A DNA stretch of 64,000 nt from an uncultured Verrucomicrobiae bacterium (GTDB lineage Bacteria; Verrucomicrobiota; Verrucomicrobiia; Chthoniobacterales; UBA10450), in contig CAVYXA010000001.1 of the NCBI GenBank assembly GCA_963772365.1, forward strand, positions 128,001 to 192,000. The letters are read 5' to 3'. The notes beneath the pieces were generated by a model. That model was not told the DNA's origin. It made no database searches and was given only the letters and a program-made list of their open reading frames with translations. Positions 8,714 through 19,179 of this stretch are shown one piece after another (the first letter of the stretch is position 1; every line of letters begins with the position of its first letter). Made by a program: the position numbers and the translations under genes.

Positions 8714-11197
8714 CTACCAATCTGTCCCAATCGGTGAACCATCGGGAATTCGCGGCGGTTTGGGTAACTCGAGAGATTTCGGGTCGCGCCGGAATTGATC
8801 GACTTGCGATAACAACCAGGCGCTTTGCGATTTCTCCGCCGGATCGTTTGTGGTGCGTGCTTTGATTTTTGTCTCGAACTCGTTGATCCGCTCCAAGGCG
8901 TAAGCGCTGACTTGCGGTTCGATGTCGTGATTCATCGATAATTGCAACAGATGAATCACGAACTGTTTCTCAAGCGCCCGCGCGATTTCCTGTTGCGCCC
9001 CGGTTTGGCGGATGTTGCGCGTTGCGGTGTTCTCGATGGCGTCGAATATCTCAGGCATCGACAGATTTTTTGACGCTGCTGCATTTACCTCGACGACTCG
9101 CGCAAGGCGCTCGGGATTTAGGAGAAGATCCAGCTCGGTCGCGATCCATGCTTCAGCCGCAGCAAGCGGATCGAACACCAAACCTGTGTGCGCGCCGAAG
9201 TTCTCCCGGTCGCGCAGGGAACCAGGCGGATGCGGGGGAAGAAGCGCAGTGATACGTGAGGGTAATTCCAGAAAGTCGGGCCGCAGGGTTTGTAACACAG
9301 CTTGAAGAGCAGCTCGCTGCTGATCCGCCGGGAGAGATTCGTTAGTGGGCTGTCCGTCGCCGCGGGTAGCATACGTGTAATTCACTCCGCCTATTAACTT
9401 GGTCGCCGCTTCCGCCTGATATCGATGCATCAAGTAAACCGGCGCAAGCACGTTCTCGAGTGTCGCCATCGGCGCGCCGACCGGAATGTTTTTCTCTCCG
9501 AAATGACTTAACGCCAGCGCGCGCACTTTGATCAGCCGGTTCAATTCATCCGTAGCCGAGCTACCGGCGTCCCAAAGATGCGCGTAAGCGTTTGCGCTCC
9601 CGGAGGGACGAGCATCGGCGTCGGTCAAATAACGGAAACCTTTGGCGATGTTTTCCTGCAAGATGCTCGCGAGTGCATCTGACTCGCCAGTCTCCGCCGG
9701 AAAATCCTGGTAACCGTAAAGAATTGTGCGCTTGTCCCACGCGCCGATCCCGGTGGCATAGGCGTGACTGAGATCGATTTGGCCATTTTTGTCGATCATC
9801 ACCAGCGGCGGCGGATAATCCATGACCGAAGCGCGATCCTGCGTACTGGCGGCAAAATTATGTTGTAAACCAAGGGTGTGACCGACTTCGTGCGCCGCGA
9901 GTTGTCGCAGCCGTGCGAGTGATAACTCGAGCAAGCGCGGATCGGGTTTCGCGCCATTGGCGTAGGCTTCCACCAATCCCTGGGCAATGAGGAAATCCTG
10001 CCGGACACGGAGCGAGCCTAACGATACGTGGCCCTTGATGATCTCGCCCGTGCGCGGATCGATAATTGAAATGCCGTAGGACCAGCCGCGAGTCGAGCGG
10101 TGGACCCATTCGATAACGTTATAGCGCAGGTCCATTGGGTCCGCTCCCTCCGGCAGAATCTTCACCTGGAAAGCATTCTTGTAACCGGCCGCTTCAAATG
10201 CCTGATTCCACCATGATGCGCCTTCCATCAACGCAGACCGGATTGGCTCTGGCGCACCGCGATCGACATAATAAACGATCGGTTCGACCGGCTCACTCAT
10301 CGTTGCCTTGGGATCCTTTTTTTGCAGTCGATGCCGCATGATAAAGCGCTTGCACAGCGGTTCCTGTATCGGCGTTGCGTAATCGGCGTAGCTCATGGCA
10401 TAATAGCCGCAGCGCGGATCGAAAACGCGCGGCCGATATTGATCGTCGGGCAGTTCGACGAAAGAATGATGTTCCCGCACTGTCACTACCTCCGGCGTGG
10501 GCGTTACAGATTTAATCCAATCGCCGCTCGGTTCGCCGGTAAAGGTGAGCGTTGTTTCAAACTCGGTGTTCTTCGGGAAATTTTTGGTCGACGGGAGATA
10601 GATGGCGGAACGGCCGTTATCGATTTTATAATCTCCCTGTTTTTTTTCCTTTAGCTTTGCCGCGACGTGATGCGCATCCTGCAAAAGGAAAGGCGTAGCA
10701 TCGACAAGGACACGATCTTTCTCTCCAGCCGCGACCTTAAAGTCCCACAACACCGAGCGGGCAAAGGCTTCTTCGACCGAGCGTTGTTCGTCCGAATTCT
10801 TTGTAACCGCTCGATACGCGAGATTTTGCTCAACGAGCAGGACCTTTGGCCCAACACGTTCAAATCTCACGACGTGCTCCGGGTTTCGTTGATCGTCGAG
10901 GTCGCCGAACTGACCACGATCCAAACCGATGTCGTTTGAGCCAATGCCGGCTGCGAGCGACGCCACGTAGAGGAAGTCCGAATCAAATCGCGAGATTTCG
11001 AGCCAAACTTTTCCGTGGCGAGCATCCCAGTAGATGTTGAAGAATCCCGGCATCGATCGCATGCCACGGATCTTTTGTGCAATAGTGGGGAGCGGCTTGC
11101 CATCATCGACGTCATTAGAGTTGCTTTTCGGCGCGGCGTCGATCTTTGGCAGGAAGAAAGCTGTGAGAACAACTAAGAAAGTGGGAGCGCGCATCAT
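8714..11197 (-). CDS. Secreted zinc-dependent metalloprotease (DUF5117/DUF4953-type)
   Basis: Signal peptide; 'HEVGHTLGLQHNF' metzincin motif and 'SVMDY' Met-turn. Confidence 0.85.
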   Translation of the reverse strand: MMRAPTFLVVLTAFFLPKIDAAPKSNSNDVDDGKPLPTIAQKIRGMRSMPGFFNIYWDARHGKVWLEISRFDSDFLYVASLAAGIGSNDIGLDRGQFGDLDDQRNPEHVVRFERVGPKVLLVEQNLAYRAVTKNSDEQRSVEEAFARSVLWDFKVAAGEKDRVLVDATPFLLQDAHHVAAKLKEKKQGDYKIDNGRSAIYLPSTKNFPKNTEFETTLTFTGEPSGDWIKSVTPTPEVVTVREHHSFVELPDDQYRPRVFDPRCGYYAMSYADYATPIQEPLCKRFIMRHRLQKKDPKATMSEPVEPIVYYVDRGAPEPIRSALMEGASWWNQAFEAAGYKNAFQVKILPEGADPMDLRYNVIEWVHRSTRGWSYGISIIDPRTGEIIKGHVSLGSLRVRQDFLIAQGLVEAYANGAKPDPRLLELSLARLRQLAAHEVGHTLGLQHNFAASTQDRASVMDYPPPLVMIDKNGQIDLSHAYATGIGAWDKRTILYGYQDFPAETGESDALASILQENIAKGFRYLTDADARPSGSANAYAHLWDAGSSATDELNRLIKVRALALSHFGEKNIPVGAPMATLENVLAPVYLMHRYQAEAATKLIGGVNYTYATRGDGQPTNESLPADQQRAALQAVLQTLRPDFLELPSRITALLPPHPPGSLRDRENFGAHTGLVFDPLAAAEAWIATELDLLLNPERLARVVEVNAAASKNLSMPEIFDAIENTATRNIRQTGAQQEIARALEKQFVIHLLQLSMNHDIEPQVSAYALERINEFETKIKARTTNDPAEKSQSAWLLSQVDQFRRDPKSLELPKPPRIPDGSPIGTDW

Positions 11198-11362
11198 GGC
11201 CGCGAGATTAGCACGTCGGGCATGAAAGGCGCGCGCAAAGTGAGTTTAATTCGGCAAGGCGCTCCAACAATTCCGATCGAGTTTCCGAGACAGCGTGAAC
11301 AATCCTCACGATGGTCACACCAGAGCTTGAGCCTGACGCTCGACCCGCTATCCTCGAAATCT

Positions 11363-12094
11363 ATGCATCGGGATTATCACCGTTGGTACTCGCAAAGACT
11401 CAATCGCGACATGGGCGTTGCGATTTACGGCAATTACGGCGCGCCCATCCTCGCTTTCCCGACGAGCGGCGGCGACGAGTGGGAAATGGAGGGTCAGGGT
11501 ATGATCAGCGCCCTCAGCGGTTACCTGGAAGACGGGCGAATCCGCATCTTCTGTATCAACAGCGTGAATAATGATTCGTTCCAAAACAAAGGCGCGCATC
11601 CTTTTCACCGGAGTTGGATGCAGGCGCAGTACGATTCTTATATTGCGAACGAGGTTTTCCCGTTTATCGATTCTCAGTGCCAGACGCCGGGCATCGGCAT
11701 CGCCACGTTAGGCGCATCACTCGGTGCCTATCACGCGGCCAATACGCTCTTCAAACATCCCGATCATGTGAAGCGATGTTATGCGCTCTCGGGCGTTTAC
11801 GACATGAAGAATTCGATGGACGGAATGTACGACGACAACTTTTACTTCAATAACCCGGTCGACTACATGTCGAACCTGAGCGATCCATGGTATTTCCATC
11901 ACTATGCGAGCTGCGACATCCGACTCGTGACCGGCTGCGGCCCGTGGGAGAACAGCGGTCCGACGTATCGAATGTCGGAAATCCTCAGGGACCGCGGCAT
12001 TGCACATCATCTGGATGATTGGGGCCCGGAGGGCGGACATGAATGGCCCTATTGGCATCACCAGATGTGGGAGTACGTGCGCCAGCATTATTAA
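11363..12094 (+). CDS. Alpha/beta-hydrolase esterase
   Basis: GASLG nucleophile elbow, 'GHEWPYW' catalytic His; ATG at 11363 gives a typical N-terminus. Confidence 0.85.
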   Translation: MHRDYHRWYSQRLNRDMGVAIYGNYGAPILAFPTSGGDEWEMEGQGMISALSGYLEDGRIRIFCINSVNNDSFQNKGAHPFHRSWMQAQYDSYIANEVFPFIDSQCQTPGIGIATLGASLGAYHAANTLFKHPDHVKRCYALSGVYDMKNSMDGMYDDNFYFNNPVDYMSNLSDPWYFHHYASCDIRLVTGCGPWENSGPTYRMSEILRDRGIAHHLDDWGPEGGHEWPYWHHQMWEYVRQHY

Positions 12095-12150
12095 GCTGGC
12101 TTTCGGGATGCGCGGCACGTGATTCGGGATTCGGGATTCGAGAATGCTTT

Positions 12151-13038
12151 TCAATCGCGCCGAATACGCAGAAACGAAGGGAACCGCGGCAGGCCTTTCG
12201 CAGTTAATCCGCGGAAACGGTACGTGATGACGGCTCCCATCGGCGGCGGCGATTCCCGCTGCGCTTCGGTAAAGCCGCTCCCGATAGAAAATTCCCTGCC
12301 ATCATCCGTTCGCACGCGAAGGGCACCGAGCTTACCGGCATATTTTCCCTTCCCCGGTTCGTGGGCGATGACGGTCGCTTCCGCATCATCATAAGGCTTG
12401 ACCTTGAGTAACGTGGGCGAGCGGCCCGCTTCGTAGGTCGACTCCGGCTGGCGCAACATTAGTCCTTCGCCCCCGAGTTTAACGACCCGATCGCGCTCGG
12501 CCAGCAACTGGGTCACACCCTGGCAGCGTTCCTGTGACACGACTCTGGCGAACTTGTTTCCTTCGGGGAATGTGTCGCGCAAGAATTGCATTCGCTGTTC
12601 GAAGCCACCTTTAGCCTGCGGGGCATCGAACACCATAAAGTGAACGCGCTTCCAACGATCGTCCGGCGTTTCGGAACGGACGATGCTGACAGTCTCTTCA
12701 AATTTTCCATGACCAACCCATAACTCGCCATCGAGAGCGACGTCGCGGGGCAACTCTGCGAGAAAATAATCAGGCGCGTGAATGAGATTTCCCTGTCGCG
12801 TCCATAACTTTTGGCCATCCCAGTAACCGCGGAGGCCGTCATATTTTTCGCTCATCCACCAGCCGGTGGGATCAATGGATGGATCCCAAACCTTCGCCAG
12901 CAGCAGCCGTGGAGCTTGCTTCTCCGCAGCTTGCGTGGCGGCAGTGAGTTCCTTCTCTTTCGCTGCAACGCTGCACGTCAGGACGATGCTTGCCGTCAAT
13001 ACCAGAAATGTCGCTCTGCATTTGAACGGGATTTTCAT
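12151..13038 (-). CDS. Minimal ATP-dependent DNA ligase with signal peptide (Lig E type)
   Basis: 'SEKYDG' motif I, 'LDGELW', 'FMVFD', 'EGLMLR', 'LLKVK', 'PRFPSF'; hydrophobic leader MKIPFKCRATFLVLTASIVLTCSVAA. Confidence 0.9.
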   Translation of the reverse strand: MKIPFKCRATFLVLTASIVLTCSVAAKEKELTAATQAAEKQAPRLLLAKVWDPSIDPTGWWMSEKYDGLRGYWDGQKLWTRQGNLIHAPDYFLAELPRDVALDGELWVGHGKFEETVSIVRSETPDDRWKRVHFMVFDAPQAKGGFEQRMQFLRDTFPEGNKFARVVSQERCQGVTQLLAERDRVVKLGGEGLMLRQPESTYEAGRSPTLLKVKPYDDAEATVIAHEPGKGKYAGKLGALRVRTDDGREFSIGSGFTEAQRESPPPMGAVITYRFRGLTAKGLPRFPSFLRIRRD

Positions 13039-13084
13039 GCCTAACAGGCTGGGAAATTCTGAAACGATCGCGGACGCAAAGCGT

Positions 13085-13492
13085 TCAACCTCCATCGGGT
13101 GAGCTTTGTGCCGGGAATGGCGTTTGACCCACAGAAAAATCTCCACTCGTCGGGCCCGATTGCGCAGAGTCCGACTGCGCTGTTGCTCGTTTCGCTGCCC
13201 ACCGGGCCTTCATCGCTGCCGCCAGTTGGGCACGGCGTTCGGGGGAAATGTTCAGTTTTCTCTTTGCTTTTTTGGCGGCGCGTTCTGGCTGCTTCGATTT
13301 CTTTGCTGGCGTCTTCTTAACCGGTTTCATACGGGCTTTACGCGCCCCGGCGGCGGATCGACGCTCTGCTTTCTTTGCCTTTTCCCTCTCCAACGCCTGG
13401 AGTTTCCGCTTCATTCTGGCCAACTTCCCCGGGCCTTCCTGCAACCGCGTCTCCAAGCGGCGAATCTTTTTCTTTAATGTTTTCAGCTTCAT
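13085..13492 (-). CDS. Lys/Arg/Ala-rich basic protein, histone-like
   Basis: Highly basic; 'ISPERRAQLAAAMKARWA' helix. Confidence 0.6.
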   Translation of the reverse strand: MKLKTLKKKIRRLETRLQEGPGKLARMKRKLQALEREKAKKAERRSAAGARKARMKPVKKTPAKKSKQPERAAKKAKRKLNISPERRAQLAAAMKARWAAKRATAQSDSAQSGPTSGDFSVGQTPFPAQSSPDGG

Positions 13493-13637
13493 GCTCTGTC
13501 CTCCCCAATTTGGAGTGATTTAGCGATTCAACTGAAAATGAATGACAATGTCACGCGATTCTTGCTGTCTAACGCTGTCAATCCCGTCCAAAAAACAGGA
13601 TTGGACGCTGCCCGTGCGGCGTTCGACGTTTGCCGCG

Positions 13638-14069
13638 ATGAACAAGGACAATATCCAGCTCACCGCCGTTGAGGATCACGACGGAATCCTAACGATTCGC
13701 GGCGGCGGCGCCCGGCGTGATTGGAATGGCATCCATTATAAACAAGGCATGTCGGGTAAAAACGTGGGCACAACCAGATTATCGGCCAATATCGCCACGA
13801 TTCCGCCAGGCGGCGTCGCGTATGCTCATATCCATGTCGATTTCGAAGTAATCCTGTACATCATTGAAGGAAAAGTGCGCCACGAATTCGGATCGGGGCT
13901 GAAACAGAAGATCGAGAACCAGGCCGGCGATTTTATTTATATCAAACCAGGTGTACCTCACGAAGTTTTCAACATGAGCGACACGGAACCGGTCGTGGCC
14001 TTCGTTGCGCGATCGTCCGCCGACGAATGGGACAACATCATTTCATACGAGCGAAACACGGCACCCTAA
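13638..14069 (+). CDS. Cupin domain protein
   Basis: 'AHIHVDFE' and 'GDFIYIKPGVPH' cupin motifs. Confidence 0.85.
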   Translation: MNKDNIQLTAVEDHDGILTIRGGGARRDWNGIHYKQGMSGKNVGTTRLSANIATIPPGGVAYAHIHVDFEVILYIIEGKVRHEFGSGLKQKIENQAGDFIYIKPGVPHEVFNMSDTEPVVAFVARSSADEWDNIISYERNTAP

Positions 14070-14077
14070 CGCGCTCG

Positions 14078-14219
14078 AGGTGGATCGGCTTCTCCGAAGA
14101 CGATGCTATGACCAATCGCCGAAGGCGCAATACTCCCATTTGAACTATCGCAAATCGAAAAAGTTTGGCGCCTCCAGCGCCTTTGCTTTACCAACGCGTT
14201 GAGACAACGCGTTCCACCT
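14078..14219. repeat. MITE/REP-like intergenic element, family A copy 1
   Basis: AGGTGGA...TCCACCT terminal inverted repeat; similar sequence at 17139 and 58661. Confidence 0.7.
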
Positions 14220-14270
14220 TCCTTCGACGTTCGCTGTTGAGCGTTCGGCGTTTGCTTCTAGCATAATTCC

Positions 14271-14798
14271 ATGCCGAAGCATCTCGTCATCAGCACCAGC
14301 GGAAATCCCGATTCGAACAGCCGCCGGATGGGCCGCGCCGCCTTTGCTCGTCTGCAAACACGAAAAGCGGATTGCGATTGGATCGACATCAGCACCATGG
14401 ACCTTCCATTGTGCGACGCGGATAAATGTTACGGAATGCCCGGCTCAAAAAAGCTCAGCAGCGCAATTGAATCGGCTGATGGGATCCTCGTCGCCGCGCC
14501 GGTATATAATTATGACGTCGCTGCGGCGGCCAAGAACATGATCGAGCTCACTGGCAGCGCTTGGAAAGACAAGATTGTAGGGTTCCTTTGCGCAGCCGGC
14601 GGCCGGTCGAGTTATATGTCGGTCATGGCTTATGCCAATAGTCTGATGCTCGATTTTCGCTGTGTCATTCTCCCCCGTTTCGTGTTCGCCACCGGCGATG
14701 CTTTTGACGGCGATAAGATCGTCGATCAACAGACCGTCTCTCGAATCGAACAAGTAGCCGACGAGCTAATCCGCTTCACCAAGGCATTGCGCGGCTGA
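14271..14798 (+). CDS. NADPH-dependent FMN reductase (SsuE-like)
   Basis: 'STSGNPDSNS', 'APVYNY..AAAKNMIE' flavodoxin-like motifs. Confidence 0.85.
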   Translation: MPKHLVISTSGNPDSNSRRMGRAAFARLQTRKADCDWIDISTMDLPLCDADKCYGMPGSKKLSSAIESADGILVAAPVYNYDVAAAAKNMIELTGSAWKDKIVGFLCAAGGRSSYMSVMAYANSLMLDFRCVILPRFVFATGDAFDGDKIVDQQTVSRIEQVADELIRFTKALRG

Positions 14799-14884
14799 GC
14801 CTGCCCGTGTGGACATTTCGTTGCCATGTCCAAATGCAAAAAGCGGCTGACACCGCCAGACCGCTTCGGTAGTTGTAATTAGAT

Positions 14885-15778
14885 ATGACATTAGTCGTCG
14901 GAGCTACGGGCTTTCTTGGCTTGGAGATTTGTCGTCGTCTCGCAGCCGCCGGTAAGCCCTTCCGGGCGATGGCGCGCAAGACGTCCGATCCGGCAAAGAA
15001 GGAAGCGCTTCAGAAGCTCGGCGCTGAGATCGTCGAAGGCGACTTGAAAGATCGACAATCACTTGATCGCGCGTGTGATGGCGTTGATGCGGTAATTTCG
15101 ACGTCAACTTCGATTTCATCAAAACAGGAGGGCGATTCGTTTCAGAGCGTCGATTTGCGAGGACAAAAGGATCTGATCGATGCTGCACATCGCGCAAATG
15201 TCAGACGCTTTGTTTTCATTTCCGTGGCGACTGATTTCGGCCTGGATGCGGGGAATCCTTTGGTCGAGGCAAAACGGGCTGTCGAAGATCACCTGCGCCA
15301 GAGCGGGATGATTTACACCATTCTTCGGCCCAGCTGCTTCATGGAGATTTGGCTGGGCCCCCATCTCGGGTTCGATCCGAAGAACGGCAAAGTGACCATT
15401 TATGGTTCGGGAAAAAACAAGGTCAGCTTCATTTCGCTGTATGATGTCGCTCAATTCGCGGCGGATGCCTTATCGAACCCAGCTGCGGCCAATACCGAGA
15501 TAAATCTCGGTGGTCCCGAGGCACTGAGTCCTCTGGAAATAGTCAGCATTTTTGAGGAACGGGCCAAACGCTCATTCGAAAAGCAGTTTGTTCCCGAAGA
15601 AAATCTCAAGGCCCGAAAAGCCGCAGCCACAAATCCGGTCGAATTAGCATTTGCCTGCCTTACTCAGGCTGTGGCTCGGGGAAACGTCATCGACATGGAC
15701 GAGACCTCGAGAAAATTCTCCTTTCATCCAAGATCGGTCCAAGAATATGCCGAGACTGTCATTCGCCCGGGGACCTGA
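14885..15778 (+). CDS. NmrA-like / atypical SDR oxidoreductase
   Basis: 'VVGATGFLG' Rossmann motif, 'TILRPSCFME'. Confidence 0.85.
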   Translation: MTLVVGATGFLGLEICRRLAAAGKPFRAMARKTSDPAKKEALQKLGAEIVEGDLKDRQSLDRACDGVDAVISTSTSISSKQEGDSFQSVDLRGQKDLIDAAHRANVRRFVFISVATDFGLDAGNPLVEAKRAVEDHLRQSGMIYTILRPSCFMEIWLGPHLGFDPKNGKVTIYGSGKNKVSFISLYDVAQFAADALSNPAAANTEINLGGPEALSPLEIVSIFEERAKRSFEKQFVPEENLKARKAAATNPVELAFACLTQAVARGNVIDMDETSRKFSFHPRSVQEYAETVIRPGT

Positions 15779-15807
15779 GCTTTCGATGCTGCAGGAAGTC
15801 TGCGCCG

Positions 15808-15996
15808 TTACCAGCTCATCGTTCCGCCCGATCGCCCTCCCGGTGCAGGCTGCAAGCTCTGCTCGCCTGGAATTTTTTCTCCGGGAACGGCGTTGTCCGT
15901 CGATTCGGAACTGGAGGACGACCCTGCAAAGTCCGATGCACAAGCGTTCAGTAGCAATGCAGCGGCGAACGCAATAATCGCAAGACGTTTGCTCAT
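15808..15996 (-). CDS. Small lipoprotein
   Basis: Signal peptide with lipobox-like LNAC. Confidence 0.6.
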   Translation of the reverse strand: MSKRLAIIAFAAALLLNACASDFAGSSSSSESTDNAVPGEKIPGEQSLQPAPGGRSGGTMSW

Positions 15997-16055
15997 GGGT
16001 CGAAGCTAATCATCCCAATGTTTGATGCAACCTGGCGAGGCCGGTAAGTTGGATT

Positions 16056-17132
16056 GTGACGCCGAAGATCGACATCAAATCGTTTTCGCTCGATGAACTG
16101 AAGGAACGGCTCAGCGAACTGGGCCAACCGCTGTATCGCGCCGACCAGATTACAGACTGGCTTTATCAAAAGCGCGTCGATGCGTTCGACAAGATGACCG
16201 ATCTGCCGCAGGCGCTGCGGACCCGGCTCTCAGAGAAATTTTCGCTTAACAAGATCGACATCGTCCGTGTACTCGGATCCAAAGACACGACGCGAAAATT
16301 CCTGTTTCGGCTGAGCGACGGAAATCTGATCGAATCGGTGTCGATTCCCGCTTCGCCTGCTCTGTACGGCGAAAAATCGGACCGTCACACCATTTGTGTC
16401 TCGACCCAGGTCGGCTGCGCTTACGGCTGTAAATTTTGCGCGAGCGGCCTGGAAGGGTTTTCGAGAAATCTGCGACCAAACGAAATTGTCGATCAATTGA
16501 TCGCGGTCGAGCGCGAAACTGGAGAGAAGATCGACAATGTCGTGTTCATGGGGATGGGTGAGCCGCTGGCGAATTTCGATAATGTGATGCGAGCGATCCG
16601 CATCATTAACGCGCCGTGGGGCCTTGGTATCGGCGCCCGTCATATCACGGTTTCAACCAGTGGACTCGCACCGCAAATCAGGAAACTTGCCAATGATCCA
16701 TTGCAAATCCGCCTCGCCGTTTCGCTCCATGGCGCAACTGATATGGTGCGAAATCAAATCATGCCGATCAATCGGCGTTACAATCTCGAGACACTTCTCG
16801 CGGCCTGTGATTATTATGCGTCGCACAAGAAACAGCGGCTCACTTTTGAATACATTTTGATCGCGGATGTAAACGATTCCTCCGACCAAGCCCAGCTGCT
16901 CGCGCTTCAGGCCAAGCGCTTATCCGCAAAAGTAAACTTCATTCCGTACAACAATGTTGAAGGGTTGCCCTGGGCTCGGCCCTCGCGAAATCGTCAGGAA
17001 AAATTTTTGTCGATCCTCCGCACGGAGGGAGTCGCGGCCACATTGCGCCGCGAGAAAGGTCACGACATTCAAGCGGCCTGTGGCCAGTTGCGGTTGCAAA
17101 CAAAACGGGAAGAGCTCAGTACTTCGCGCTGA
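16056..17132 (+). CDS. rlmN: 23S rRNA m2A2503 / tRNA methyltransferase RlmN
   Basis: 'CVSTQVGCAYGCKFCAS' radical SAM motif, 'MGMGEPL', 'AACGQL'. Confidence 0.95.
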   Translation: MTPKIDIKSFSLDELKERLSELGQPLYRADQITDWLYQKRVDAFDKMTDLPQALRTRLSEKFSLNKIDIVRVLGSKDTTRKFLFRLSDGNLIESVSIPASPALYGEKSDRHTICVSTQVGCAYGCKFCASGLEGFSRNLRPNEIVDQLIAVERETGEKIDNVVFMGMGEPLANFDNVMRAIRIINAPWGLGIGARHITVSTSGLAPQIRKLANDPLQIRLAVSLHGATDMVRNQIMPINRRYNLETLLAACDYYASHKKQRLTFEYILIADVNDSSDQAQLLALQAKRLSAKVNFIPYNNVEGLPWARPSRNRQEKFLSILRTEGVAATLRREKGHDIQAACGQLRLQTKREELSTSR

Positions 17133-17138
17133 ATACAT

Positions 17139-17282
17139 GGATGGATCGGCTTCTCCGAAGACGGTGGAAACGAATCGCCGTAGGCGCAAAATTCACACAA
17201 CAGCCGCCACCCCAAATCGACAATTTTTGGCGGAAAAGCCGCACTTACTTTACCAACGCGTTTAGGACAACGCGTTCCACCT
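17139..17282. repeat. MITE/REP-like intergenic element, family A copy 2
   Basis: TGGATCGGCTTCTCCGAAGACG ... TACCAACGCGTTTAGGACAACGCGTTCCACCT. Confidence 0.7.
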
Positions 17283-17353
17283 CGGCGGAGTAAGGCTAAT
17301 GAAGAAGCACAATTGTTTTTGCGCGCACCAAGAAGCTGGCCTTTAATTTCCTC

Positions 17354-18019
17354 ATGGCCGGCTACGAGGGCGAATCAGAGCGGACTTGGGACGAATTCGA
17401 ATGGGAGCGATTTCTCCGGGAGCAGGATGAGAAGACGGAGAAATACATGGAGCTGATGGAGCAATACATCGACGATCCGCGCCGGGACGAAATTATCGCC
17501 CGCGAGATGGGTTGGTCAGACCTGCTCGATACCGCGGATGATGAGGATGAGATCGAGGCGATGGCCAATGAGGATTGGAAGACGGACGGGGAAGACGATT
17601 CGTTAGTCGAAGATGATGCCCCGTCTTCGCTGCAAAGCTTCGAAGATCATAGCCTTTATCGTGCGGCGTTTTCTTTCACAGTCTGGATCGACCAACTTTT
17701 TGACGATCATCCTTCGCTCCAGAACGATCCGACGGCGGTGAAACTGGCAACTTATTCCGCCATGGCCAGCGCGAAATTGGCCGCAGCTTTGAGTGACGAT
17801 GATGCCGATGAAATCGGAATGACGATCGCCTATTTAAAACGGGCGCTGAAAGCGATCACCACGTCGATGGAAAGCGCGGCGCAGTTGTTCGCCCAAAAAC
17901 GAATCAGCCCCGAGCAGCACGCAATTTTGGAACAGCGGCTTTTCCAGGTGCGCGACGGAATTATTAGCCTCATGGGCGCCTATCGGGGCGAATGGCGTCG
18001 GCGTTTCGGCTCGTGCTAG
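17354..18019 (+). CDS. Acidic hypothetical protein
   Basis: 221-aa ORF, 'WDEFEWERFL', helical C-terminal half; co-directional with the sigma factor. Confidence 0.7.
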   Translation: MAGYEGESERTWDEFEWERFLREQDEKTEKYMELMEQYIDDPRRDEIIAREMGWSDLLDTADDEDEIEAMANEDWKTDGEDDSLVEDDAPSSLQSFEDHSLYRAAFSFTVWIDQLFDDHPSLQNDPTAVKLATYSAMASAKLAAALSDDDADEIGMTIAYLKRALKAITTSMESAAQLFAQKRISPEQHAILEQRLFQVRDGIISLMGAYRGEWRRRFGSC

Positions 18020-18056
18020 AGGCGATTGAATTATTTGGCCGCTCGCCCGTCCAAGA

Positions 18057-18668
18057 ATGCAAACGGAAGCGACTCTGGCTCAAACTGATGTGTCGGACCT
18101 GGAGCTGGTGAAACAATGCCAGGCCGGTCGAACCGAGGCATTCGACGAGCTGGTCAGCCGCCATCGAACCCGAGTTTTCGCCATGATCTACAATATGGTT
18201 CATAACGAGCAGGATGCCTGGGATCTGGCTCAGGACAGTTTTGTGAAGGCCTGGAAATCGATAAAACGGTTTCGCGGTCAGGCATCCTTTTTCACTTGGC
18301 TTTACCGAATCGTGATGAACGTGACGATCGATTGGCTCCGCAAAAAACAAATCAAAAGCGGAGGAGCCGAGTTTAGCGACGTGATTCAAACGGGCGAGAT
18401 CGACCCGGCAGCGCGGACGGTGCCGAAATCGGATCCGTTACCGCACCGGCAAATGGAACAACAGGAGATCCGGGCGAGGATCGATAACGCCATTGCCCAG
18501 CTTTCGCCGGAACATCGCGCTGTGATTTTGATGAAAGAAACGCAGGACATGCAATATCACGAGATCGCCGAGACGCTGGGCTGCTCGATCGGGACGGTGA
18601 TGTCGCGCCTGTTTTATGCGCGCAAAAAGCTGCAAAACCTCTTGAGAGATGTTTATGAAAACGTTTGA
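18057..18668 (+). CDS. ECF sigma-70 factor (RpoE-like)
   Basis: Region 2 'DLAQDSFVKAW..F.TWLYRI', region 4 'YHEIAETLGCSIGTVMSRL'. Confidence 0.95.
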   Translation: MQTEATLAQTDVSDLELVKQCQAGRTEAFDELVSRHRTRVFAMIYNMVHNEQDAWDLAQDSFVKAWKSIKRFRGQASFFTWLYRIVMNVTIDWLRKKQIKSGGAEFSDVIQTGEIDPAARTVPKSDPLPHRQMEQQEIRARIDNAIAQLSPEHRAVILMKETQDMQYHEIAETLGCSIGTVMSRLFYARKKLQNLLRDVYENV

Positions 18669-19173
18669 AGAAAAATGGACAGCCTGGCTCGATGATCAGT
18701 TGAGCGGCAAAGAACTAGCGGAGTTCGAAGCGTCGCTGCCGGACAAAGCGGCCGCCGAAGCGGAGAAACGCGAGGCCAGGCAACTCGGCACGCTATTAAA
18801 GGAGCAGATCGGTTCTCGCGTGTTGACTAACGAAGAATTTTTCGATCATCAACTTCGAGAACGGATTGAGCGGGAGAAAGCTGCGCCCTCGCGACGGCGA
18901 GATGTGGACGTTCCAGGATGGTGGACGATCCGGCGATTATTCTGGGCCGGCGCGACATCGCTCGCCCTATTTCTGATTTGCGCCGTTCTGATTATGCGTG
19001 ACAACAATCCGCCGGAGCAATCCCAATATCTTACCCAAATTTTGAACGCGCGTGTCGATCCTAACACCAGCCCGCATGCGACTTTGTCGGTTTTTGAAAC
19101 CAAACAGGATCGGGTGACGGTGATTTGGACCGAGGGATTACAAACACTTCCAGCAGAGTACGCGGCAAAGTAA
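18655..19173 (+). CDS. Probable transmembrane anti-sigma factor
   Basis: Overlaps the sigma gene end; 'AWLDDQLS..ELAEFE' N-terminus; single TM helix. Confidence 0.7.
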   Translation: MKTFEEKWTAWLDDQLSGKELAEFEASLPDKAAAEAEKREARQLGTLLKEQIGSRVLTNEEFFDHQLRERIEREKAAPSRRRDVDVPGWWTIRRLFWAGATSLALFLICAVLIMRDNNPPEQSQYLTQILNARVDPNTSPHATLSVFETKQDRVTVIWTEGLQTLPAEYAAK

Positions 19174-19179
19174 CGGCTG

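Noticed and set aside
11222..11362. Longer N-terminus of the esterase (and similar upstream extensions at 431, 2273, 13146, 13542, 61184)
   Set aside because: The extensions are not protein-like or overlap neighbouring genes; downstream starts fit family N-termini and gene coupling better
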